Source: a virus. Taken from it: a DNA stretch of 64,000 nucleotides. The notes under the pieces were generated by a model, which saw nothing but the letters and a program-made list of their open reading frames with translations, did no database searches and was not told where the DNA came from. The stretch lies in IMG/VR virus record IMGVR_UViG_3300043410_001242, one strand, 5' to 3'. Below, one piece after another: positions 55,110 to 64,000 of this stretch (its first letter is position 1; every line of letters begins with the position of its first letter). A program made the position numbers and the translations under genes.

Positions 55110-58100
55110 ATGGCACTGAATTTTAACGTTGATCCGTATTACGATGATTTCGACGCATCTAAAAACTTTCACAGAATATTGTTTAAGCCTGGTGTCGCAG
55201 TTCAAGCCAGAGAATTAACACAATCACAGTCTATTCTGCAAGATCAGATAACAAAATTTGCAGATAACATATTCAAACAAAATTCTCCAGTAACTGGTGG
55301 ACAAGTTACAACAAACTTCAGTTGTTACTATATTAAACTGAAGTCAACATATAATGAAATTTCGTTTGACGTTACTGACTTTGATGGTCTTTTAGTACAA
55401 AATAGTACTGGTTCTGTAAGGGCCCGAGTTCTCGCAACTTCACCTTCAACAGGTGATGGTGGTGACCCACCAACACTGGTAGTATCTTACCTAACGCAAG
55501 GTCGTTTCGTTGATAATGATATCATCTATGATACAAATTCAAATCTTGCAGCACAAGCAGTAGAAACTGAATCTACTGGCCTTAGTTCAACTGCATCTAT
55601 TTCAAGAGGCGTTTTCTATACCTTAGGAAATTTTGTACAAGTAAACGAATCTACTGTTATTCTATCGAAGTATGATAACACACCAACACTTAGAGTTGGT
55701 TTAACAATCACAGAAAGCAATGTAGATTACATTGACGATCCATCACTTCTTGATCCTGCAATCGGTGAATCCAACTATCAGGCACCAGGTGCAGACCGTT
55801 ACCTAATCTCACTGAAACTTGATTCCAGACCTATCCAGTTTGGTGATGATGCGGACTTCATCGAACTTGTCCGTATCGAGGAGGGTTCTGTATACAAAAT
55901 GGTCGATGGTTCCGTTTATGCAACCATTGACGATTACTTTGCAAAAAGAGACTATGAAACCAATGGTGATTATGTAGTAAATGACTTCAAGTTAACACCA
56001 AAAACGGATACTGCTAACAGTCAGAACTACATCATGAGTGTTGGTAAAGGTCTGGCATATGTGCATGGTTATCGTGTTGAGAATCCTGCTCCTATTGATA
56101 TCACATCACCAAGAGCAAGAACACAGGAATCACAGAACAACAATCCAGTTTACATCAATTACGGAAATTATCTGTATGTAAATAACGTTAGAGGCAATAC
56201 CTCATTCTATGATGTAACTACTTCAGAATCTGTAGATATTCACTGTGTACCATACGAACACATTTCAACAAGCACACAGACTGCATATAACTCAACAGTA
56301 ATTGGGGTAGCTAGAATAAGAAATTTTGAGTTTGACACCTCACTTGGTTCATATTCAAACACTGCATCTTACATATACAAGGCGTATATACATGATGTAC
56401 AAACATATTCACTATCAGCTAACGTAGTATCTGCCACATCCAACTCAGTTGTATTGGCGACAAATTCTTCTTCTGCAAACGGTGCATATGTTGGTGTCAA
56501 CATAACCATTTCAAAAGGAACAAATGCTGGCGACTATCGTTACATAACCAGTTATGATGCTGTTACCAGAACTGCAACCCTTAACCAAAACTGGACTGTT
56601 GTACCAGATTCAACATCAGTATATATTCTAGACTTTGATATTAAAGATGCAGAATCTGTTGTAACTGCAACCAAAACATCAACACCTTATCTGTTACAGT
56701 CAAGATCAAATATTGCAACAAGTGGTAAGACTGGAAATGTGGCCAGTGGAGACACCATATTAGAGAATCCACTTGTACCAGAATTGATCTTCAATGTTGG
56801 AAATCAATATGTATCATCAATAACAGATACATCATACACCACAACACAAGAATTTAGAAACATTGCTTTCACAAGTACTGGTGTTGGTTCAATTTCAGCA
56901 CAATTAAACTATGAAGGTGAATATCTAAATATCATTAGACACCTTGGAACACCAGGAACAACTCTATCAAATGACCTGGTAAGACAAAACTATACCATTG
57001 TCTGTGTCAACAAGGGTTCTAATTCAACAATCAATGTTGGTGATGTCATTCCTTGGACCACACCAAATAGATCAGTAACACTTGATGATGATGCATCTAT
57101 TGCAACATTCACTTCAAATGATCTTTCACCATTCACTGCAACCGTGATCGCAAAGGTGTTTGTGGAAAATGGTAATGACACCTCACACATTCTGAAGATT
57201 AAAAACTACATTAAGGCAAACGGTGCAACCATCGTCACCAACGGAACTCAAGTAAATGTAAACACATATGTTGATGATACTCCATTAACATCTTCAGGTC
57301 AAGTTTACATTAAACAAGCAGGCCTTGTTGATCCTGGCAGAAAACAATCATTGTATCTATCTGACGTTAAAGAAGTTGTTAGAATCATAGACACACTGAG
57401 TGTTGATAATTTGCCAACTGTAGAGATGGTAAACAGTCCACTATATGACATTACCAACAATTACATATTCAATAACGGCCAAACCGATACGTTCTATGAC
57501 CATGCATATCTGACTTTAAGACCGGGCGCAAGTCAACCAAAAGGTAACATACTGGTGTTCGTGAATTACTACCAACATTCTGGTGGTGATGGTTACTTCA
57601 GTAAGTTATCTTATATTGATAATGCGACTCTAAATGATGATTACAAGAATCTTCCTGTTTACAGAAGTACTAGTGGTAAGGCATACAATCTGAGAGACTG
57701 TATTGATTTCAGACCAAGCAGAACAAATGCAACTACAGATTTTGTATTGAGAACATCAAATCCAGGTGACACCACAAAGAAAGGAACATACATTCCTTCT
57801 GACACAACAGTATTCACTTGTGATTATGCATATTATCTGGGAAGAAAGGATAAATTGATTTTAACTAAAGACCGTTCGATACAGATTATCGAAGGTTCTC
57901 CTTCTTTAACTCCTGTTCCACCAGCAGAACCTGATGCATCTCTTGTAATTGCAATTCTGACACACAATCCATACACTGGGTATCTACCTTCTGAAACCAG
58001 TCCTAGAGGTCTTCCAGACCTATCTGTTGACAAGGTTCAACATAAGAGATATACGATGAGAGACATTGCTGGATTAGAATACAGAATAAGCAATGTCGAA

Positions 58101-61100
58101 TACTACACATCACTGTCTCTGTTAGAAAAGAATGCAGAATCATTACAGATTTCGGACTCTTATGGACTGAACAGATTCAAGAATGGTATTCTTGTTGATG
58201 ACTTCTCTGGATATTCCACATCTGATACCTATAGTGAAGACTTCTTCTCTTCTATCAATAGAAGAACTAGACAGATGACTTGTGCTCAATTGGTAAACAA
58301 TTATCCTCTGAGAAACTACAACCTGTTGCAGAATCTGGGTAACCTGTCACCATCAATTGCAGCTGCACTGAACTACACTATCAATAGAGATAATGAGGTT
58401 AATTACTACACATTACCATATACCTCTGCGAATCTGACTTCACAGAAAATTGCAAGTAGATCAGTAAATATTAACCCATTCTCATTCTCTTTGAGTGAAG
58501 GTGTGGCCTCATTGTCACCAAACATCGACAACTGGGTTGACAATACAGCAGCACCATCATTATTAATTGTTGATCCTAATCTACAGGTATTCAGACAATC
58601 CAACACTGTAAACGTCTTGCAAGTAGGTGACTGGCAGACCATTTCTTCTGTGACAGTACAAACAGGATCAACAACTTCTTCTTGGGGTGGACAGACTGTG
58701 GAAGAAAACCACAGAGGTGAGGACTGGGGATTCGGCATGAACGTTGGTCGTGTTACCAACTGGGGAGGTTCATCAACCACATCATTCTTCCAAACGACCA
58801 CACAGCAGTTACAAAACAACATTATGGGTTTCTACAACAATATTGGAAACACATATTCGTTGAACAACGGTTACCTAACTGATATCAGTATTCTGCCATG
58901 GATGAGAGCTCAACAAATTGCTGTTAGAGTGAACAACCTGTTGCAAAATGCAACTCTGCATACATTCTTCGATGGCACCAATGTTGATGGTTATGTTAGA
59001 AAGGCCAACATTATCGAACTGACAAACGTATCAGGAACATTTGTTGATAATGATGTTGTTGGATATATGAGTGCTTCCAATTTCGTTCCTACTGCTAGAA
59101 TTCTTGGTGTCAAGAACTATGCAAACACCAACAGTGTTAGATTGTATGTGGCGGGTGATCCTTTCACAACACAATATTCTAACACTGCAACTCTGGTTAG
59201 TGCTGTATTCAACACAAGTGGTTCTTACCAAAGTTCACCTGCAAGTGGTACAATATCTTCAACCAGTCACTACGGTGGTCGTGTACAGAGAGCAAACTCT
59301 TCAACACAATTACAACTTAGCAACCTAGCACCGGCAATAAGTGGTTACTATAATGGTAATACCATTTCATTCATGACTGGTTCAAGTGCAGGTAGAAGTG
59401 CAATAGTATCAGGATATGACGGCGCAACAAAAACAATTACACTGAACTCTGCATTGACTTTTGCCAACAATGATATTTACTCGATAGGTGACTTCCATAG
59501 TGACACCGACGGTAACTTCTATTGCATCTTTAACTTGCCAGCAAATGTCTTCCATTCAGGTGAAAGAGTATTCCGTGTTGACAATAGAATAGGAACAAAC
59601 GCAAGCAGTTCCACAACCCATGCACAAGCAAGTTTCTATGCACAAGGTTTGGCATCAACTTCACAAGCATTAGACTTTGGTGCTTCTCCATCAGGTGCAA
59701 AGAACACATTCACACAAACAAACAACAGAACCCTTGTTTCAAACTTCTCACAAACATCAGAATCATCTTGGGCTGCATCAAACCCTTGGGATCCAGTTGC
59801 ACAAACATTCATTATTGACGCTGTTAACTATCCTAACGGTGTATTCTTGAAGAGTTTGAAAATATTCTTTGCAACCAAACCATCTATTGATAACTCACCA
59901 ATTACACTTTCAATAGTGGGAACTTTAAATGGTTATCCAAATGGTGAAACACTGGACCACAGTATTGTAACTGTACCAAAAGATAAAGTGAAAACTTCTT
60001 CATCACCACACTATCTGGATCCAAATTCTTATACTGAATTTACATTTAATTCACCAGTTTATATTCAACCAAATACATTATATGCATTCATATTAAAGTC
60101 TGCATCAAATGAGTATACACTTTGGTCTGCATTTAATGGTGATAGTGCATTGGCATCTTCTGTTAGAAACCTTCCAACAGATCCTCTACCATCATCAATC
60201 ACTAAGATCAATTCAGCACCATATGTTGGAAGTTTGTTCAAGTCACAAAATGCACAGACATGGACAACAGACCAGAATGAAAGTTTGATGTTCACGATTG
60301 AAAGATGTGTATTCGATATCACGAAGACGCCATCAATTAGATTCGTTGTTCCCAAGATGCTTCCACAAAGAGCATTGATCGAACAGAGTATCGAATATGT
60401 ACTGAACGCAAACAATGTTGTGGCTAACAACTCATCAACTTCAAATACAACAATGTATGTTGATGCATTTAATGTTACTACAACTGATTTCTTGCCTACT
60501 TCAACAACTATTCAGTATTCTTATTCATCTACATTGCCTAACGGTACATCACCAGGTACAATCAGTATCAATCCTGGTAAACTTGCAGCGTCAATGCCAG
60601 AGAACATACATCTGGATGATGGAAATGGTAGAAGAATATTGGATGCAAACACTGATTCATCATTCTCTGTGTATGCACAACTTCTTTCTGTAAGTAACAC
60701 AGTAAGTCCTGTACTTTCTGACGCTGGTCTTACAGTATATGCAATTGAACATAAGATCAATAACTGTGAATTGTCCAATACTCTAATCACTGTTGCTAAT
60801 ACAGGTTCAGGTTACAATGCAAACACAACACTTGTAACAGTATCTGCACCAACAGGTAAGAATGGTGTACAAGCATATGCTGTTGCTAATGTTGCAAATG
60901 GTACAATTCAATCAGTATACATCACATACCCAGGTTCTGGTTATATTGAGACACCAAGTATAACAATTCTTGACGCAAATACAACTCCAGGAACAGGCGC
61001 TAATGTAATCATTTCAGGTGAAACATCCACCTCTGGTGGTCCTGCACTATCTAAGTATGTTACAAAGAGAGTAACACTTGATGCGGGATATGATTCAGGT

Positions 61101-61469
61101 GACTTGAATGTATACATGACCGCATACAGACCAGTCGGAACAGATATTCAAGTATATTACAAGATACTGAATAGAAATGACACAACCAACTTCTCTGATG
61201 TTAATTGGAATCTGATGACTAAGATCAGAAACAGTGATGGTCTATACGCACAAGCTAGAGGCGACTTCTATGAATATGTGTTTGCACCTGGTATAAATGG
61301 TTCTGCAAACGGATATGTTTCATACACAACAACATCTGGGTTGTCATATACATCATTTAGTCAGTTTGCAATAAAGGTCGTGTTGACAACTAGTGACAAG
61401 ACCAATATTCCTATTGTACAAGACATTAGATGTATAGCACTTCCACAAAACGCAACTACAATATTCTAA
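55110..61469 (+). CDS. Large virion structural protein (VrlC/DUF4815-like)
   Basis: NV.PYYDDF...RILFKPG.AVQARELTQ.QSILQ.Q; APGADR; KRYTMRDI; RFKNG.LVDDF; DPVAQTF. Confidence 0.85.
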   Translation: MALNFNVDPYYDDFDASKNFHRILFKPGVAVQARELTQSQSILQDQITKFADNIFKQNSPVTGGQVTTNFSCYYIKLKSTYNEISFDVTDFDGLLVQNSTGSVRARVLATSPSTGDGGDPPTLVVSYLTQGRFVDNDIIYDTNSNLAAQAVETESTGLSSTASISRGVFYTLGNFVQVNESTVILSKYDNTPTLRVGLTITESNVDYIDDPSLLDPAIGESNYQAPGADRYLISLKLDSRPIQFGDDADFIELVRIEEGSVYKMVDGSVYATIDDYFAKRDYETNGDYVVNDFKLTPKTDTANSQNYIMSVGKGLAYVHGYRVENPAPIDITSPRARTQESQNNNPVYINYGNYLYVNNVRGNTSFYDVTTSESVDIHCVPYEHISTSTQTAYNSTVIGVARIRNFEFDTSLGSYSNTASYIYKAYIHDVQTYSLSANVVSATSNSVVLATNSSSANGAYVGVNITISKGTNAGDYRYITSYDAVTRTATLNQNWTVVPDSTSVYILDFDIKDAESVVTATKTSTPYLLQSRSNIATSGKTGNVASGDTILENPLVPELIFNVGNQYVSSITDTSYTTTQEFRNIAFTSTGVGSISAQLNYEGEYLNIIRHLGTPGTTLSNDLVRQNYTIVCVNKGSNSTINVGDVIPWTTPNRSVTLDDDASIATFTSNDLSPFTATVIAKVFVENGNDTSHILKIKNYIKANGATIVTNGTQVNVNTYVDDTPLTSSGQVYIKQAGLVDPGRKQSLYLSDVKEVVRIIDTLSVDNLPTVEMVNSPLYDITNNYIFNNGQTDTFYDHAYLTLRPGASQPKGNILVFVNYYQHSGGDGYFSKLSYIDNATLNDDYKNLPVYRSTSGKAYNLRDCIDFRPSRTNATTDFVLRTSNPGDTTKKGTYIPSDTTVFTCDYAYYLGRKDKLILTKDRSIQIIEGSPSLTPVPPAEPDASLVIAILTHNPYTGYLPSETSPRGLPDLSVDKVQHKRYTMRDIAGLEYRISNVEYYTSLSLLEKNAESLQISDSYGLNRFKNGILVDDFSGYSTSDTYSEDFFSSINRRTRQMTCAQLVNNYPLRNYNLLQNLGNLSPSIAAALNYTINRDNEVNYYTLPYTSANLTSQKIASRSVNINPFSFSLSEGVASLSPNIDNWVDNTAAPSLLIVDPNLQVFRQSNTVNVLQVGDWQTISSVTVQTGSTTSSWGGQTVEENHRGEDWGFGMNVGRVTNWGGSSTTSFFQTTTQQLQNNIMGFYNNIGNTYSLNNGYLTDISILPWMRAQQIAVRVNNLLQNATLHTFFDGTNVDGYVRKANIIELTNVSGTFVDNDVVGYMSASNFVPTARILGVKNYANTNSVRLYVAGDPFTTQYSNTATLVSAVFNTSGSYQSSPASGTISSTSHYGGRVQRANSSTQLQLSNLAPAISGYYNGNTISFMTGSSAGRSAIVSGYDGATKTITLNSALTFANNDIYSIGDFHSDTDGNFYCIFNLPANVFHSGERVFRVDNRIGTNASSSTTHAQASFYAQGLASTSQALDFGASPSGAKNTFTQTNNRTLVSNFSQTSESSWAASNPWDPVAQTFIIDAVNYPNGVFLKSLKIFFATKPSIDNSPITLSIVGTLNGYPNGETLDHSIVTVPKDKVKTSSSPHYLDPNSYTEFTFNSPVYIQPNTLYAFILKSASNEYTLWSAFNGDSALASSVRNLPTDPLPSSITKINSAPYVGSLFKSQNAQTWTTDQNESLMFTIERCVFDITKTPSIRFVVPKMLPQRALIEQSIEYVLNANNVVANNSSTSNTTMYVDAFNVTTTDFLPTSTTIQYSYSSTLPNGTSPGTISINPGKLAASMPENIHLDDGNGRRILDANTDSSFSVYAQLLSVSNTVSPVLSDAGLTVYAIEHKINNCELSNTLITVANTGSGYNANTTLVTVSAPTGKNGVQAYAVANVANGTIQSVYITYPGSGYIETPSITILDANTTPGTGANVIISGETSTSGGPALSKYVTKRVTLDAGYDSGDLNVYMTAYRPVGTDIQVYYKILNRNDTTNFSDVNWNLMTKIRNSDGLYAQARGDFYEYVFAPGINGSANGYVSYTTTSGLSYTSFSQFAIKVVLTTSDKTNIPIVQDIRCIALPQNATTIF

Positions 61470-61472
61470 AAC

Positions 61473-61706
61473 ATGGCATTATTGAAAGTAAGAGACAATA
61501 TACACCTAGTAAGAGATTCTGAAACAGGGGCACTGATTAACAAAAATCATAGTGCCCTACAGGAATATATTGAGAAAAGGAAGTTCCTTGAATCTCAGAA
61601 ACACGAACTAAATAAAGTAAAGTCTGATATAGAAGATTTAAAAGATGATCTAGGTGAAATTAAAGCTTTAATGTACAAACTACTGGATAAGAATTCTCAT
61701 GGCTAA
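61473..61706 (+). CDS. Small conserved T4-like protein
   Basis: LVRD..TGALIN...EIK.L. Confidence 0.75.
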   Translation: MALLKVRDNIHLVRDSETGALINKNHSALQEYIEKRKFLESQKHELNKVKSDIEDLKDDLGEIKALMYKLLDKNSHG

Positions 61707-64000
61707 TACAGTTTCCCAAATCAGTTATAATAATACTTTCGGCGACTGGGTAGTTGCAACAAATTCATTGATACGAGAAAACAATGATTTTGCCGCAAAC
61801 AACTTTGTTAAACCTACGGGAACTCTTTTTCTAAATGAACCCACTCTCGGTTTACAGGTAGCAAACAATGCAATCGTTGCAGGTCAATTACAGGTAACAG
61901 GTGTAGGTTCTTCTGCTCTAGTACAAAACAACCTTCGCGTTGACAGACAAGTATATTTCACAAATACCACATTAGGTTTGGTCAACTCAGGCCAAGCAAA
62001 TATTGGTGGTATATTGATGGCACTTGGTTCAGGTACAAGTCTTTACGCCGCAAACTCGGTGCATATCAGTGGCACCACCAGAATGAACAGTACTGTGATT
62101 ATCACAGGTAATACAAACATATCAAATACTGTTTACATCTCAGGTACAACAAATATTTCCAATACTGTCTATGTAACAGGAAGTGGAAGTATGACTGGTT
62201 CACTTGTAATCGGTGGTTCAGCAGCCGCTATTGGTGCTATACAGGCCAACTTCCTAAAAGGAAATACTGGTGTAGATACTACCACCATGACATCCAATAT
62301 CATTAGAAATACTGGTATTGCATACACAGACACATTACAAGCAAACAACCTTGTAACAACAGCCAACTTAATTGTTACTGGCGCAAGTTACTTTGACGTT
62401 ATCAACGCAAATACTGCATTTGTTGGTCCTAAAATATCCATTTCAAGTCTGTTTGATGCCAATTCTGCGGCAGCATTCTTCGGTTCTGTAAAGACAAACA
62501 GTGATTTGGTTGTTGGCGGCAACTTTGTAATTAACGGAACAACCGTATACAACTCCAATACTCTGATTATCAGTTCAAATCTTCCAAATCAAAACTGTTT
62601 GTTTGGAACATTCAGAACAGCACAAACCGGAAATTCATACATCAAATGGAATGAAACCAACAAGTATTGGGAAACAAATGACGTTTTCACTGGTACATAC
62701 TATAGGTTGTTAACAGACCAGTATGCCAATAACTCACTAACAAATTCAAGTTCTTCGAATGTTGCCACATCTTTCGTGGCCAATACAATATACACCTATT
62801 CACAAGCAGCATTTGCTCTAGCTAACACAACAGCATCAACACTGTCTGCTAATACTTCTACACTAAGCAACTCAATAAGTGTAATTCAAGGTGTTGATCT
62901 TACACAGAACACCAATATAACCAATCTAACAAATTGGTTGAGTTCTAATGTGTCTTATACACAAGCAATCAACAATGCACAGAACTCAGCAATAACAATT
63001 ATACAGGGTGTTGATAACACACAGAATACAGTCATCAACAACCTATCAAACTCTCTGACATCAAATGTTACATATCTGAATGGTATTGCAAATACACAAA
63101 ATAGTACAATAACGTCTGTAAACAATTATGCACAGTCCGCGTTCGACAGAGCAAATAATGCGTCAGCCGCATTAACATTTAATGGTTCTACTGGTTCTGC
63201 AAATGCAAATGCCGCAGGTTACCTGGTTATAACTGGCAATACTGGTGTATCTGTAGTAGGTTCTTCAAATATATTGACGATTAACCTGCCACAAGACCTT
63301 AGACAATCAGCAAATCCTTCGTTCACCACTATAACATCATCTGTTGCTAATGGTACTGCACCATTCTCCGTAACTTCGTCTACGATGGTTAATAACCTAA
63401 ACGCACAGTATATTGGTGGTCAACCATTATCATACTTCGGTGATGCTGCAAACCTATCAGGAACCATACCTTCAGCAGTTCTAGGAAATTCAGCACTGTT
63501 TGTTGGTACTTCATCAATATCATTAAACAGAACTAGTGGCACACAGACACTAACGGGAGTTAGTATTGATGGTTCTGCCGGTTCAGTTATGGCAAATACC
63601 ATAACAGGAACAACATTATCAAGTAGTGTTGCAAACTCATCCATAACTTCACTGGGCACATTAACAGCATTAAATGTTAATGGTGCAATGTCACTTACTG
63701 GTAACCCAGCAATAACAGGACAAGCTAGTGCGACAAAGGGATATAGAGAAGGTGTGGTTGCAGTAGGTACTGTTTCAAGTCCAACAAACTTAGACTTGTC
63801 TCTAGGTAATGTATTCACTCTAACTCTGGCTGCAAGCACAACACTTACATTCACTAATGTTCCTTCTTCTGGTTCAGTGTGTTATGTAACTCTTGTTATT
63901 ACACAAGACGGAACAGGAAGTAGAAATCCATCATTCTCACCAACACCCAGATGGACAGACAGTTCTGCACCTACGTTATCCGGCGCAAATAAAATAGATG
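61699..64000 (+). CDS. Tail fibre-like structural protein, truncated by window end
   Basis: MANTVSQISYNNTFGDWVVATN...; no stop seen before the window end; IQGVD.TQNT repeats; absent from ORF track. Confidence 0.75.
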   Translation, partial: MANTVSQISYNNTFGDWVVATNSLIRENNDFAANNFVKPTGTLFLNEPTLGLQVANNAIVAGQLQVTGVGSSALVQNNLRVDRQVYFTNTTLGLVNSGQANIGGILMALGSGTSLYAANSVHISGTTRMNSTVIITGNTNISNTVYISGTTNISNTVYVTGSGSMTGSLVIGGSAAAIGAIQANFLKGNTGVDTTTMTSNIIRNTGIAYTDTLQANNLVTTANLIVTGASYFDVINANTAFVGPKISISSLFDANSAAAFFGSVKTNSDLVVGGNFVINGTTVYNSNTLIISSNLPNQNCLFGTFRTAQTGNSYIKWNETNKYWETNDVFTGTYYRLLTDQYANNSLTNSSSSNVATSFVANTIYTYSQAAFALANTTASTLSANTSTLSNSISVIQGVDLTQNTNITNLTNWLSSNVSYTQAINNAQNSAITIIQGVDNTQNTVINNLSNSLTSNVTYLNGIANTQNSTITSVNNYAQSAFDRANNASAALTFNGSTGSANANAAGYLVITGNTGVSVVGSSNILTINLPQDLRQSANPSFTTITSSVANGTAPFSVTSSTMVNNLNAQYIGGQPLSYFGDAANLSGTIPSAVLGNSALFVGTSSISLNRTSGTQTLTGVSIDGSAGSVMANTITGTTLSSSVANSSITSLGTLTALNVNGAMSLTGNPAITGQASATKGYREGVVAVGTVSSPTNLDLSLGNVFTLTLAASTTLTFTNVPSSGSVCYVTLVITQDGTGSRNPSFSPTPRWTDSSAPTLSGANKID

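Noticed and set aside
62169-63854. Minus-strand ORFs 62169-62366 and 63420-63854, and other antisense ORFs in structural genes
   Set aside because: Shadows of long + strand genes, including the unlisted fibre gene from 61699.
1-64000. Alternative genetic code (stop-codon reassignment)
   Set aside because: Conserved genes are full-length in code 11, and TAA, TAG and TGA all terminate genes at expected ends.

Overview
This 64 kb window is part of an AT-rich, large T4-like (Tevenvirinae-related) myophage, using the standard genetic code. It most likely infects a gammaproteobacterial methanotroph, because it carries an intact pmoC. Layout: 1-19.6 kb is a hyperplastic early region of small, often paralogous ORFs driven by a repeated promoter cassette. 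19.6-21.5 kb is a methanotrophy island of pmoC, a DUF2490-like outer-membrane barrel behind OmpR/PhoB-type boxes, and a 23-codon pqqA that the ORF track missed. 21.5-34.8 kb holds accessory and replication genes (GalE-like, PhoH, exonuclease, 2OG-Fe oxygenases, gp33, gp59, gp32) and a circularly permuted two-piece tmRNA. 34.8-64 kb is the tail/baseplate module (gp26/gp51, tube, gp2, gp4, gp48, gp53, split gp5, gp25, gp6, gp7, gp8, a large virion protein and a fibre). The most notable observations are: (1) pmoC plus pqqA, which could support two consecutive steps of methane oxidation; (2) the permuted tmRNA; (3) two free-standing GIY-YIG endonuclease elements sharing a leader that appears to encode a late-promoter-driven antisense sRNA, one flanked by a 22-bp duplication; (4) a probable -1 frameshift joining gp26 to gp51; (5) a five-copy, helically phased early promoter cassette. 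All family assignments come from motif recognition, not database searches.
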